DNA from: the human T2T-CHM13v2.0 reference genome, Homo sapiens
Direction: 5' to 3' (one strand)
DNA: 64,000 bases
Assembly: GCF_009914755.1 (NCBI RefSeq)
Contig: NC_060947.1
Part shown: piece by piece, positions 1 through 13,765 of the stretch
Numbering within the stretch: position 1 is the first letter of the stretch
Layout: each line of letters starts with the position of its first letter
Program-made: the position numbers and the translations under genes
Notes under the pieces: generated by a model
Database searches by the model: none
Seen by the model: only the letters and a program-made list of their open reading frames with translations
What the model was told of the DNA's origin: nothing

Positions 1-187
1 CAAAGAAGTCGCTCACAGAATAGAATTATTCAGCATTGTTCATTTGAACCTGTACATTAATTTATCAAAAATCATTTAACATCTACAAAAGAGACAAAAT
101 CCCTGCACTTTAGGAGTGTATCATCTAGTGAAAGTGATAGATAACAGAAATAAATGAATAAGCAAGAAAGTAAATTTCAGATTGTCC

Positions 188-190
188 TAA

Positions 191-229
<39 letters not shown>

Positions 230-230
230 A
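188..230 (+). repeat. (TAAA)n microsatellite
   Basis: About 10 perfect TAAA units read directly. Confidence 0.95.
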
Positions 231-646
231 GGGAGATAGAGAACTTTAAAGGATGCACATCAGATAAAGTGGATAGTTAGGCTTCCATGAAATGATGTCT
301 AAGCCAAGACCTTACAGACATAAAAAAGTTGGAAAGAGCATTTGAGCCAGAGAAAATAATAAATGCAGAAGTCGTAAGACAGGAAGTGTTTAGCACAAAC
401 AATGAATAGTAAGAAAGCCAATCTTTCTCTAATGGAGCGAGTAAAGGAGGAAATAAGTTTGGAGAATTTTACTGGGATTTGTTCACATAGGATCATGACA
501 ATATGCATTGGCCTTTTATATTAGAAACAATAGAAAACTATTGAAGAATAAATATTTGGAGAACTAGTTTAGGAAAACGTGTGTACATGATTCATCAAAT
601 TTTGTAAGTGTTAAGTGATACCTGGTGTAACTTAACAGTTATATTT

Positions 647-651
<5 letters not shown>

Positions 652-702
<51 letters not shown>
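652..702. repeat. (TA)n(CA)n compound microsatellite
   Basis: TA run to 690 followed by a CA run; accounts for ORF 646..834. Confidence 0.95.
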
Positions 703-1233
703 TATTCATTTACTTCTGCCATTCCTTGTTCCAAATTAATTTGGAATGGTTTACTGGAAGACACAGAGTTAAATAAGAAAAACCAAAAGAAAACAGTGGC
801 TCTAAATTGTGGAAATCTTCTTGTAAGATGGTAACAGCAGAAGTGGAGAAACCGGTTCTTGAAACAATGGTCTTGAAATAGTGGGAATAGAGGAATATAG
901 TTTCATTTACAAAGACAGGAGAATGTGAAAGAGGTATAGGTTTAAAATGTATATTTGAATGTGTTAAGTTTAAGATTATGTATTAATCATCATTGACTAA
1001 ATTATGCTGCATAGTATTCCATTGTTTCTATGCAACATACTTCATTTTAGCAGCACCCTATTGAAAGAACATTTTAAAATTTTACTCCCTTTTTTTTGAC
1101 AGTATAAACAATGCAGTAATGAATACCCTTATATACATCACTTCTTGAAATCTTAGAGGCATTTCTCCAGAGGAAAGTACCAATAGTGGAACTCCTAATT
1201 TACTGAGTGAAGCTTTCTTTTCTGTTTTAAAAC

Positions 1234-1822
1234 CTTTTATTTTAGGTTCAGGGGTACATGGGCAGGTTTGTTATATAGGTAAACTCGTGTCATGGGGGTT
1301 TGTTGTACAGATTATTTCTTCACCCATGTATGAAGACTAGTACCCAATAGTTATTTTTTCTTCTCCTCTTTCTCCTTCCAACCTCCATCCTCAGGTAGGC
1401 CCCAGTGTCTATTGGTCCCGTCTCTGTGTCCGTGTGTTCTCATCATTCATTTCCCGCTTATAAGTGAGAACATGTGGTATTTGGTTTTCTGGTTTTCTGT
1501 TCCTATGTTGTTTGCTAAGGATAATGGCCTCCAGCTGCATCCATGTGTCTGAAAAAGACATGATTTCTTTTTTTAAATGAATGCATAGTATTTCACAGTG
1601 TATATGCACCACATTTTCTTTATCCAGTCTTCCTTTGATAGGCATTTAAGCTGATTCCATGTCTTTGCTACTGTGAATAGTGCTGCAATGAACACATGAG
1701 TACATGTGTCTTTATGATAGAATGATTTATATTCCTTTTGGTTTATACCAAGTAATGGGATTGCTGGGTCCAGTGGTAGCTCTGTTTTTAGCTCTTTGAG
1801 AAATTGCCACACTGCTTTACAC
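1234..1822 (-). mobile_element. L1 3' end fragment (older L1PA/L1PB-like) within older L1M-type sequence
   Basis: T-rich tail then ggggtacatg..ggtttgttatataggtaaactcgtgtcatggg. ORF 1573..1983 carries the ORF2 C-terminal peptide DPAIPLLGI..KDTCTHVFIAALFTVAKTWNQ. Confidence 0.85.
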
Positions 1823-2711
1823 AAATTTGTTAAGATACTATCCAGTTGCTCACAAAATGGTTGAGTAATTTTATAGTCCCACCTAAGAAGAGTAAGAGTT
1901 CCCAGAAATGTTCTTTCTGTCACTTTTAAGTAAGCGGTATGAGATTCCTTTTCTAATCCTGACTTATGATATTGAAACCACACTGTTACATGTTTGAATC
2001 ATTTCTACCCTAAACAAGCAAACAGATAACCATTCATCAACTCTGGCTACTGCCCTATCTCTCCACTCTTTGTCATAGTCAAATGCTTTGAAAGTCTTAA
2101 GTCTATCTCTACTAACTTTCTTCCTTAATTCAGCTGCCACTCAATTTTATCTTATTCTGCAAGGTGTATGTGGTCTTTACCAATTGCAATTTCATTTTTT
2201 AAAAACTGCCATTTAAGTCAATTGTATGGGCTTTGCATGTTTTCACAGAAAATGTATTTTTTCTTTGTGAAACGAGTTGAAAATACTTTCGCATAATGTT
2301 TCATTTTTGAAAAAAATCCCCGAATGGAATACCTATTAGTATAAAACATGGGTCTATTTTGCCAAATCCACCCTTACCTTCTTATGCACTATGATAATCT
2401 ATGCTGGTTACAGAAAATTTGCAGAGTTCATTCTGCATATGTTGTTGGTTCTTAGAAAATAACTAGAGGGTAGATAAGACACCCTAAAAATAATTACTTC
2501 AAAGGGAGAATGAAAATATAATCTATGACTCAAAAATTATTTATGAAATGTAATTAAAAGTCATTTACATTATTTTTAAGAATTAAATGTCCTAGTGTTT
2601 TCACTGAAACCACAGAGTTTACTTACATTTTTACCTTAGTTTAGTTTGCTATATTTATTCTCTTTACTTGTTTTCACGTAGTGTCATTTAAAATCTCCTT
2701 TTATATTCAAG

Positions 2712-2873
2712 GTCTCACATAACACTGAAAATAGAGTGCGTAACAGAAGGGATCTGGAAGTTTCCCATAATGTTGATCGCTACTGAACCTGATACGGATG
2801 CTGTCATTGACATTGAAGGAGTTGGTTTATTTAAGGAATCTGTTTTTGAACTTAGGCTGAAAAGTCAGACAAG
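2712..2873 (+). CDS. CFAP47: Internal coding exon (162 nt, phase 2-2) of cilia- and flagella-associated protein 47-like gene
   Basis: Pyrimidine tract and ttcaag| acceptor; open frame SHITLKIECVTEGIWKFPIMLIATEPDTDAVIDIEGVGLFKESVFELRLKSQT; donor ag|gtaata. Terminal AG joins the first A of the next exon to make Arg. Gene name from recall. Confidence 0.8.
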
Positions 2874-3329
2874 GTAATATATTAAACAAAAGTATGTAGC
2901 TGTTTTAGTGAATATGCTGAACTTTGGAATGAAATTTAAGATGGAAAATTCTATAGTTCATCTTTTGCTGGTTAAGCCAGCGCAACATTGGTTCTCTGAC
3001 TCAAAGCTTCATATACTACATAAATTTTTACTTAACAATTGGAAAATAGGGTATACAAAGTGAAGACCAGAATGAAAAACAAAAGTAAATAATTAAAAAT
3101 TGAAATATAGGATACTATTAATATTTCCATTTGTTTTCAAAGGATGTTTCAGTGTTTTTCTGCAAATGTCAATTGTGTTGGTACGTCAGATGGTTTAACT
3201 AAGCAGAAATAATTGGGTAAACCCACGTTGATTCCATGTTATGTTTAATTTTGTTTCTATCATAGCTGTCTGTTACATTTGTGCTAACATAGGCAGTCTG
3301 ACAATACTTTTACCTAAAATCTCACATGT

Positions 3330-3650
3330 AAAATATACTTTTACAGCTTTTTGAGGTACAGCATACATAACGTAAAATTCATTTATTGTAAATGTACATT
3401 TTAATAGTTTTTAATTATAGGATTTGTAGTCATAACCACATTCCAGATATAGAACTTTTCCATTTCCCTCCATATTTCCCTCAAACCCTTTTGCAGTCAA
3501 CTCCCATACTCATTACCAGTCTCAGTCAACCACTGATTTGCTTTGTCTCTATAGTTTTGCCCTTTCTGATATTTCAAATAAATGAAATTACATAATACGT
3601 AGTCTTTTGCATGTGACTTTTTACACTATACTTATCTGAAGTTCAGTAGT
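3330..3650 (-). mobile_element. Old L1M (L1MC/ME-like) 3' UTR fragment
   Basis: caaccactgatttgctttgtctctatagttttgccctttctgatatttcaaataaatgaaatta matches old L1 3' ends. Confidence 0.6.
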
Positions 3651-4399
3651 TTTCATGAATAAGCACCTGTTAGCTTTGCATATATTTGATCCATTTCTCG
3701 AGGGCTGAAATGGTTGTTTGTAACAGTTGTCCAGCTTTATGGTCAAAATGAGTGGTGAACAGTTAAATGTATAATCACTTGTGCCAGGTGATGCAAGGCT
3801 TTATAGATAGGATAACCACAAAATTCACTGTCCAAACTTGAACCTTTTGAGAATGAAAGAGGATAATTAATAATTAGGCTTGGCAACAAGGTAAACTGGG
3901 ACAGATCTGAGCAAACCAGCACCTAACAGTTACTGTTCTTATAGGCTGTGGCAAGATGTTTGCTGTTTATCCAAAAAAGACTAAAAAGTCACTAAATGAG
4001 CAGAGTGATATATTTGAAAAAGAATATTTAGCTGAAATGTGTAGAAAACAAATGCAAAAATGGTAAGAGTGAATGGAGGTAGATTAGTTAGTTGGCTAAT
4101 GCTGTTGTCTGAAGGTTGCTTGAGGTTTTTGCAGGGCGAGTGGAGAGGGAAAGTAGACAGATTGGAGAGGCTTTAAGGAGGTAAAGTCAGTTAAATTTAG
4201 TGGTAGTTTTGGGGATCAGAATGTTCCACTTTGCTAGAGAGTTTTAAATGTTAAGTCAGAGAAGTACCTGTAATGTAGAAGAAACTAACATCAGGTGGAT
4301 ATTGGACTATATGACCTGGAATTTCTCTTACAGTTTGAAAATATGATACTCTTGTGAAAAAAATTGGTTTCATAGTCAAACAGAATGAGAAACAATTTT

Positions 4400-4595
4400 T
4401 TGCTCAACCACTAAATACCTGTGGGACTTTTAGCTATATATTTTTGTTCCTCCAAGCTTCCATTTCCTCATTTATAAAGTGGAGATAAAATATAACCCAT
4501 AATGTTGCCATGAGAACAAATAATGCAATGTATATAAATTACTCACCACAATGCCAAGAACTTTTAAATATTCAATAAATGGTATTGTTATTATG
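4400..4595 (+). mobile_element. MIR SINE
   Basis: Degenerate MIR core catttcctcatttataaagtggagataa and tail ttcaataaatggtattgttatt. Confidence 0.65.
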
Positions 4596-5851
4596 TATTT
4601 TTTCATATCTTTGATCAACCTGATCAGTTATCCAAAACCTAATATTGGGAGAGTAACTGTTTTTGATATTAAGTCTCCTATGTTTTAAAACCCAGAGATT
4701 GAGAGCCAGGCAACTCTAGTCAGCCATCTTGCTGATGTGGTACTACAATCAGATTAGTCCAGGTTTATTTTTAATTAGTATTACTAAGATTCTGTTAGAT
4801 GTTTGGTTTAAAATTAGAAGTAGTCTGTTTCTTCTATTCTGATATATTTCTGCAAGCATTAAGTTCAAGGGCAGTTTCTACAGAAATATACAGTAGACTT
4901 AGTTCATTAGATTGCAATAAACATTTTTCTAGTGGATAAATGCAGTTGTCAGAAATTCTATGATATACAATTATGTATGAAAAACACATTCAAAATATAA
5001 AAAAAAACAAACTCTGACTCTTCTGTATTGAACCCTTATGGCCCTGTTATATTGAATGAACTACTTAGAATTAGGGATAAATCTGAAAATCTCAATAGGG
5101 TATTTTCTAAAGTATAGATTTTGATTTTCTTCTATTTTTGTTCTAAGGGCATAATTATATATACCCTTTATAATATTGATGCTGGAGAGTGATTTTTTTT
5201 AAAGATTCAATAGCAAATGGAATTATCCCCCATAAGTGCTTCTAATGTGCAGATTTGAGATATATTTTAATAACATAGGGTCACTCCTGTGGTTAAAATC
5301 ACATGTTGGCCATGTCTACAGTCATCTGAAGGTTTTACACAGCTGGATGATCAAAATAACTTACTTTTATAACTGGAGATGTTTACTCTGGATGTTGACT
5401 GATACTGCCTCCACATAGTCACTCTTTAATGGATGCCCTGGATAGCTGAATTTGTACATTGTGATTGGTTTTCCATAGAGAGCATATTCCGAGAGAAGCA
5501 CGTAGAAGATGCATGGCATTTTCTGACCTACACACACAAGTTCAACAACAATCACTCTAGTCACATTTTATTGGTTACAAAGGGGTCACTATATTGGCCT
5601 GGATTTAAGAAAGGGAACATAGATCCCACCTTTCTATGGGAAAATTGTTAAAGAATGTGCAGGCTTGCCACAGTGGAGTATGCTAACTTGAATGTTTTTA
5701 GCTTCTTCTAAGTCAAAAAATTTTGTCCAGATTCCTCCTGGGTATTGTCACCAGCTGCAAGTCTTTGGGTGGCAAGGATCAGATCATGATGGGTAACATA
5801 ACCAAGTTACAGAAGAAGGTGAATTTACTTTCTCTTCATGGTTTATTTTCT

Positions 5852-6279
5852 TTTTTAAAATTATACTTTAAGTTCTAGGGTACATGTGCACAACGTGCAG
5901 GTTTGTTACATAGATATACATGTGCCATGTTGGTTTGCTGCACCCATCAACTCATCATTTACATTAGGTATTTCTCCTAACACTATCCCTCCCCCAGCCC
6001 CCCACCCCCCAGCAGGCCCCAGTGTGTGATGTTCCCCTCCCTGTGTCCATGTGTTCTCATTGTTCACCTCCCACTTATGAGTGAGAACATGAGATGTTTG
6101 GTTTTCTGTCCTTGTATTTTGCTAAGAATGATGGTTTCTAGCTTCATCCATGTCCCTGCAAAGGACATGAACTCATCCTTTTTTATGGCTGTGCAGTATT
6201 CCATGGTTTATATGTGCCACATTTTCTTTATCCAGTCTATTATTGATGGACACTTGGGTTGGTTCCAAGTCTTCGCATG
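5852..6279 (-). mobile_element. 5'-truncated L1PA with target-site duplication
   Basis: ttatactttaagttctagggtacatgtgcacaacgtgcagg 3' end; TSD ggtttattttct at 5840-5851 and 6280-6291. Confidence 0.92.
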
Positions 6280-7239
6280 GGTTTATTTTCTACAGCAAAT
6301 GGAAACTACCTGCTTCCTTACATTAAGTGTGTTTTAAACTTTTTTTAGAGGATTCAGTGATGTAAATAAGCTACTGAATATTTCTAGCTTATTTACCAGC
6401 CCTTGGGAGGCTACACCTAGGAAGGTATTAGAAATTTCAAGTTATCTTGAAGATCTAGGGAACTGGAGGGGCGTATATGAAAAAAAATAGGATAGGAAAA
6501 CAGGCAGACCTAATTATATTCAGGATTTGACTGGTTCCTCATGAACCCAGTAATATTTCCTTTTTCTTTAAGGAATCAAGAGTAAAATAAGTTCTGAAAA
6601 GGAACGACCCCCTGTCCTAGTGACTATACATTTTTCTTGTGTGCTGGGCATACAAGGAGAGGAAAGAAGGACGAAGATGCATGACAAACCCCATGGTGGT
6701 AGCTACTCTGTTTCCTAAATTAAATATGTAAAGCGTTAGTGTATCCAGGGGTAATTTTAAACATAATAATACAAAGTATTCTGAAGAATCAGTATAAAAA
6801 CATAACAGAGTTCAAGGTATCAAAATAGGTTACCTATTCCTAAAATATTTTATGTGCATATAAGTGATTAGCAATAAGTAAAACTTTTGAGAAATATAAA
6901 ATCCTTATTTTTCTGAATATCCTACTTTTTACTAACGTCTGCCCTTTGTGATAACATTTAAAAATTGTTTTTATATAAATGAGCATTATGAATTACACAA
7001 AAAACTATAATGTAAATCTTAGGAAATGAGAAATCCACCATCTCTTGGCCACTATCACTAAGTCCAACTCAATTCTGGTAGAGTATAGGAATTAGAAACA
7101 AATGGTTTCCTAGTAATATAAGCTAATCATATTTTGAAATAGTCATTTGGGATCATGCTACATAGAAATTATCTTGTTATAAAATGAAAATCTTCTGTAG
7201 ATGAGCATTTTCATTAAGAAAACTAATTGTAGGGCTGGG

Positions 7240-7832
7240 TGTGTGTATATATATGTGTATATATATGTGTGTATATATATGTGTATACATATGTGTATAT
7301 ATATGTGTATATATATGTGTGTATATATATGTGTATACATGTGTGTATATATGTGTATATATGTGTAATATATGTGTATATACACACATATGTGTATATA
7401 TGTGTGTATATACACACATGTGTATATATGTGTGTATATACACACATGTGTATATATGTGTGTATATACACACATGTGTATATATGTGTGTATATACACA
7501 CATGTGTGTATATACACACATGTGTATATATACACACATGTGTGTATATACACACATGTGTATATATGTGTGTATATACACACATGTATATATGTGTGCA
7601 TATACACACATGTGTGTATATGTGTGTATATATGTGTGCATATACACACATGTGTATATATGTGTGCATATACACACATGTGTATATATGTGTGTATATA
7701 TGTGTATATACACACATGTGTATATGTGTGTGTATATATACACACATGTGTATATGTGTGTGTATATATGTATGTGTATATATGTGTGTATCTATGTGTA
7801 TATGTATATATGTGTGTGTGTATATATATATA
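7240..7832. repeat. Complex (TG/TA/CA) alternating purine-pyrimidine array with ~28-bp higher-order unit
   Basis: Recurrent unit tgtgtatatatgtgtgtatatacacaca; source of six low-complexity ORFs. Confidence 0.95.
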
Positions 7833-8209
7833 TAAACACACAGCTAAATACATATAATTTAAGAAGTCTTTAGTGAATCATGCTGCCCACATTGTTTAAA
7901 CCCTCTCTAATTCATTAACACTTTTATACCACAGCTGAGTCTCCATTTATTTCTAACAATAACAATAAAGCTACTTTCTTTAAAAAAAATGATGGCATAT
8001 AAAGAAAACTTGATATGAATTTATACTCATTAAAAATTTTGTGGATTTAGAACATCTTGGTGAATATTTGGGAAACTAACTTAGGGCAACATTTTTTGAT
8101 GATTGATAAATTTCTGCGAGTGTTGTGTGATATTCTGACGTAGTATAGTAATTCTATTTTGTGCATATATGCATATATTCATTTACTATGATTCCTTCTT
8201 TTGTATGTA

Positions 8210-8525
8210 CAGTCATGCATCACTTAAAGACAAAGATATGTTCTGAGAAATGCATCCTTGGGTGATTCCATCATTTTGCACACATCATAGAGTGCATTTA
8301 CACAAACCTAGATGGTATAGCATACTGCACACCTAGGCTGTGTGGCATTGCCTATTGCTTCTAGGCTACAAACCAGCACAGGATGTTACTATACTGAATA
8401 ATGAAGGCACCTGCAACACAATGGTAAATATTTGTATACCTAAACACAGAAAAGGCACAGTAAACCTACAGTATTAAAATCATATGGAACAACCATTGTA
8501 TGTACAGTTCATCATTGACCAAAAT
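8210..8525 (+). mobile_element. TcMar-Tigger non-autonomous DNA transposon (Tigger3/MER7-like), right TIR missing
   Basis: TA then cagtcatgcatcactta..ttctgagaaatgcatc..cacaaacctagatggtatagc..cctattgcttctaggctacaaacc. Confidence 0.8.
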
Positions 8526-8539
8526 ATAGATGATAAAGG

Positions 8540-11400
8540 TCAAATTTTATTTATTTCAGTATAGATATTGAGGTTTCCCAACATCATTTATTGAAGACAC
8601 TAACCTTTTAAAATTGTGTGTTCTTGATGCCCTTGTCAAAAATTACTTGACAGCATATGCTTAGGTTTATTTCTTGGCTTTCTATTCTGTTCTATTGACC
8701 TATGTGTCTGCTTTTATGACAGTAATATGCTATTTTAATTATTGTAGGTTTGTAATGTATTTTGATATCAGGTAGTGGGATGCTACCAGCTTTTCTCTTT
8801 TTGCTCAGAATTGCTCTGGCTAGTTGGAGTGTTTACAGATTACTATTTATTTAAAATATAACACTAGAATTTTTATAGATAGCATTAAATTGGTATATCA
8901 CATTGGGTAGTATGGACATTTTAACAATGTTAATTATTCAATCTCATGAAAACAAGGTATTTTCCCATTTGTGTTTTTGTCAATATTTTAAATCAAATTT
9001 TACAGTTTTCAGTGTATAAATATTTTATTTCCTTGGCTAAATTCATTTCTAAGAATTTTATTCTTTTTAATGCTATATAAATTGGATTACTTTCTTGATT
9101 TCTTCTTGGGAGAGTTTGTTGTTAGAATATATAAATGCTACTGTGTTTTGTATGTTGATTTTTCATCCATCAATGTCAGTGTTACTGAGATTATGTATTA
9201 GTTCTAACAGGTTTTTGCATGTGTGCGTGTGTGTTTGTGTGTGTGTGTGTGTGTAATCTTTACAGTTTTCTACATATAGGAACACACCCTCTGCAGATAG
9301 GGATAGATGATAGTATTTCTTCCTTTCTGATTTGGGTGCCTTTTATTTCTTTTACTTGCTTGATTGCTCTTGCTGATATTTCTAGTATGTTACATAGACA
9401 TGCAAAGAGGGGGCATTTTCTCCTTGTACCAGACCTTAGAGGAAAAGCTTTCAGTTTTTCTCCATTGATTATGATGTTAGCAGTAGGCTTTTCATAAATG
9501 ACCTTTATCATGGAGAGGAAATTTCCTTCTAAACTTAATTTGTTGAGAGTTTATCATGAAATGATGTTAAACTTTACCAAATGCTTATTCAGCATCCGTT
9601 GGGATGATCATGTAGCTTTTTTCTTTTAATTTGGCATATCACGTTGATTGATTTGCATATGCTAAACAAAACATGCATCTCAAGGATAAGTCCCACTTGA
9701 TTATGGTGAAGAGCCTTTTAATATATTGGCAGAAATGGTTTACTAATACTGTATTGATGATTTTTGCTTTCATGTTCATCAGATATATTGGTCTGTAGTT
9801 TTTTTTTCTCTTGTTGTCTTTGTATGGCTTTGGTATCAGGGTGATCCTGGCCTCATAAAATGAGATTTTATCTTTTGGAAGAGTTTAATAAGGACTGGTA
9901 TTAAATCTTCTTTGAATATTTAGTAGAATTTAGCCATGAAGCTATCTGGTACTGAACTTTTCTATGTTGGGAAGCTTTTAATTAATGCTACGATCTTTTT
10001 TAAAATTGGCCCCTTCAAGCATTCTATTCCTTATTAGTTCAATCTTGGTAGGTTATATATTTCTAGAAATATATACATTTCCTTCTTGGTTTTCCAATTT
10101 GCTTACAGATAATTGTTCATAATAGTCATTATGTTCCTTTATATTTCTGAGAAATCAATTGAAATGTCTCCCCCTTTATTTCTTATTTGATTTATTGGAG
10201 TATTCTCTCTTGTTATCTTAATCTCACTCATGGTTTGTCAATTTAAAATTTATTTTTAAAATACTCTTTGTTTTGTCAAATTTCTATGACTTTTCTATTC
10301 TCTATTTTATTTATTTCTGCTCTTATTTTTTATTATTTTCTCCCTTCTGCTAACTTTGGGTTTAGTTTGTCCTTCTTCTAGTTCATATAATTTAAGTGGC
10401 TTATTTTGAGATCTGCCTTTTTTAATGTAGATATTTATCATTATAAGATTTCCTCTTAATACTACTTTTGCTGCATCCCATTAAGTTTTGTTTTGTTGTG
10501 TTTTCATTTCCATTTGTCTCAATATATTTTTTTTTCCATGAGGCATTTTATTTGTAAATATGTATTACATCTCTAGAAAAAGAATCCCAGGATTTTCACT
10601 CCTGTGTGTTTTCGTCTTGCTTCTTCATGGTCCATGATGCCAGCTGAGGTTGTCAGTATAATGAAACCAAACTGGCACAATGGAATCAGATTATTCTGCC
10701 GTTTTTCTAGACCTTTGAGTTGCACATCAAATCTGGGCTGATCACTCCACACTTGTTTAGCCTGCCTGTGAGGTTCACAACAATTTTTCCAGCTCTGTGA
10801 TCATCAGTGATTTCAAATTTGCCAGTGTAACCACACTTCATCATCACACTGAGAAGCTGGATGATGACTTTGGAGCATGACCTAATAAGAACCTGGCGTT
10901 TGCCTCTCTTTTCTGCATGTTGATACTTTTGAGAGCATCAGCCAGGACATTCATGAGCACCATTGTGGCAATGCGGAAAGATGGCGGAAAGAGAATGGGA
11001 GGGGAGAGCGCACGCAGTTATGGGAACAAGATATTTTCTAATACGCCTTTTGATTTCCTATTTGACCTATTGGTTGTTCAGGTGCGTGTTAATTTCCACG
11101 TATTTGTGAATTTTCCTAAATTTCTCCTGTTATAGATTCTCAGTTTCATACCGCTGTGGTCAGTAAGAATACTTGATATAATTTCAATGTTCTAAAATTT
11201 GCTGACTTGTTTTGTTGCTTAACATATGATCCACCCTGAAAAATATTATGTGGCCCTTGAGAAGAGTATATTCTACTGCTGTTGGATAGAATGTTCTGCA
11301 TATAGCTGTTATGTACATTTATCTAAAGTGTAGTTCAAATCCAATGTTTGTTTACTGATATCTAATCTGGATGATCTATCCATTGTTGAAAGTGCAGTAT
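8540..11400 (-). mobile_element. Degraded L1M ORF2 region, interrupted by (GT)n at 9220-9254 and by the RPS15A retrocopy
   Basis: ORF 9260..9511 reads [23 protein letters not shown] (L1 ORF2 RT region); continuous antisense L1-like sequence. Confidence 0.85.
10527..11026 (-). pseudogene. RPS15A (uS8) processed pseudogene, full length, frameshifted
   Basis: Minus strand reads ATG(10963) [64 protein letters not shown](10573). Intronless; 391 nt with two 1-nt deletions (~10919 and ~10736). AATAAA at 10552-10547, poly(A) at 10535-10527, TOP-like ctctttccgccatctttccgc 5'UTR, TSD caa(t/g)atatttt at 10520-10530 and 11027-11037. Confidence 0.95.
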
Positions 11401-13470
11401 TTTGTTTCTTTGGTGGTGTAATATTTCCCTGATTCTTCGTGATCTTTCTAGCCTTGCTAAGAAGTTTGCTCATTTAAAGCAGTTATCTTCGCCAGACTTT
11501 ATGAATTGGCTTCAGTAAATAAAAACTTTCACCTTTAGGGTAACAGGGCACATTGGGGTGTGTTGTGGCACTGGGTCTAGTTCTGTAGTGTTCTAAGTGT
11601 GGTGACATGCAGTAGCTTCAGGCTGTGAGAGATTAATATTGCTTTGGCTCAGGCAGCTAGAGTCTGTAACATCAGCAACTGTATGATCCATGGTTGCAAG
11701 AGATATGGGATGCCCATGGTGGCTGTGAAGACCCTTGAGATCCTTAGTCTTGACTCTGGGTCAAGAAGCAAGAGGCCAGAGCAGGCAGCAATGAGGCTAG
11801 AGCCAGCAGTGTACACACACTCAGCTGCAGGAGCCAACTATGGACACTTCTGTGGAGGCAGAGGCCAGCTGTGGGCTTGTTCGTGGTGTCTCTCTTAGTC
11901 TTCACAGACTGGCTTTCTACTGGGAAGATTTTCACCAATCATCCTGGCTAGAGATTCTGGAGGCCTTGCAAACCTTTTATGTGGATGTGTCTTTTCTGGA
12001 CTTGTTCATGTATATTTCTATTTAGAGAGATGTATTGGTTTATTTCTTTTTTCAGAAAGTTATAGTCTCTTGTTCTTCTGGTGTCTGTCTGCTGTACCAT
12101 TAGTCCTCTGAAGCAGCAGCACACCACTCAGCCTTTTTTTGTTCTTAGTAGTCCTCAGAAATCTAGAGCATGCTAAGTCCCATCAGCATTCTGAGACAGG
12201 CAAATCAGAAGCCACCCCCTTGAGCAGCCTCACTCTCCTGTAAAGTCAGAACATTGGATGTCTGGTCCAGCCTTCTTTTTCTTTCCCTACAGAGAAGCCA
12301 GAAGCTGAGCATTTCTTCCCAATTATGTGGCACTGTGCCAGCAGGAGGGATAATGGCAAGAGGGTGCCAATAATTTTCCTACTGGCTTCAATATAGTTCG
12401 TTTTATTATTATTATTGTTATACTTTAAGTTCTAGGGTACATGTGCACAACGTGCAGGTTTGTTACATATGTATACATGTGCCATGCTGGTGTGCTGCAC
12501 CCATTAACTCATCATTTAACATTAGGTATATCTCCTAATGCTATCCCTCCCCCCTCCCCCCACCCCATGACAGGCTGCGGTGTGTGATGTTCCCCTTCCT
12601 GTGTCCATGTGTTCTCATTGTTCAATTCCCACCTATGAGTGAGAACATGCGGTGTCTGGTTTTCTGTCCTTCCAATAGTTTGCTGAGAATGATGGTTTCT
12701 AGCTTCATCCGTGTCCCTACAAAGGACATGAACTCATCCTTTTTATGGCTGCATAGTATTCCATGGTGTATATGTGCCACATTTTCTTAATCCAGTCTAT
12801 CATTGATGGACATTTGGGTTGGCTCCAAGTCTTTGCTATTGTGAATAATGCCGCAATAAACATAAGTGTGCATGTGTCCTTATAGCAGCATGATTTATAA
12901 TCCTTTGGGTATATATCCAGTAATGGGATGGCTGGGTCAAATGGCATTTCTAGTTCTAGATCCTTGAGGAATCACCACACTGTCTTCCACAATGGTTGAA
13001 CTAGTTTACACTCCCACCAACAGTGTAAAAGTGTTCCTATTTCTCCACATCCTCTCCAGCACCTGTTTTTTCCTGACTTTTTGATAATCGCCATTCTAAC
13101 TGGTGTGAGATGGTATCTCATTATGGTTTTGATTTGCATTTGTCTGATGGCCAGTGATGATGAGCATTTTTTCATGTGTCTGTTGGCTGCATAAATGTCT
13201 TCTTTTGAGAAGTGTCTGTTTGTATCCTTCACCCACCTTTTGATGGGGTTATTTGATTTTTTCTTGTAAATTTGTTTAAGTTCTTTGTAGATTCTGGATA
13301 TTAGCCCTTTGTCAGATGGGTAGATTGCAAAATGTATGCTCTACTGTGCTACAAAAGCCTCTTAACTGGTTTCTGGATTTCTCACAAAAGGGACTGTTAT
13401 TGAATTTGTGTCTTCATTTGTGGAAGGAAGGTCTGGGAGTTCCTGTTCTGCCATTTTATTGATGTAATTC
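11400..13470 (-). mobile_element. Probable old L1M 5' region, split by a younger L1PA
   Basis: More GC-rich L1M-like sequence; it resumes after 13333 and ends tcctgttctgccattttattgatgt, resembling an L1M 5' terminus. Confidence 0.45.
12401..13333 (-). mobile_element. 5'-truncated L1PA (3' ~930 bp)
   Basis: Canonical L1PA 3' end. ORF2 C-terminal peptides [48 protein letters not shown] and [27 protein letters not shown]. Confidence 0.93.
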
Positions 13471-13589
13471 CCTTAGGTGCCCTGTCTTATTCATTCTCAT
13501 TTATTGTATCATTCATCATAGCCTAGCACTGGTAATAAAATATTTTAAAATAAGAACAACAGCGATACTGATGACTAAAGTATTATTGG

Positions 13590-13765
13590 CTAGTCCTTAT
13601 AATGCACTTTTTGTGTGTCAGGCATTAATCTAATCGCTTTGCAGTGACTATTAACAATTTAACAGATGTCAACACTAAAGTAGGGAAAAGTTAAGTAAAT
13701 TGCCCGAAGTCATCCATCTAAATAAAGCTATGGTTCCAATCCGCAGTCCATGTTCTCAAACCTTC
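13590..13765 (-). mobile_element. MIR SINE (degenerate)
   Basis: tttaacagatg..aagttaagtaaattgcccgaagtcatccatcta resembles the antisense MIR core. Confidence 0.55.

Noticed and set aside
7158-7873. Six overlapping 161-231 aa ORFs rich in Y/I/H/T/C/V
   Set aside because: Artefact of the purine-pyrimidine array, which cannot encode stop codons.
10917-11135. 72-aa plus-strand ORF
   Set aside because: Antisense reading of the RPS15A pseudogene and flanking L1.
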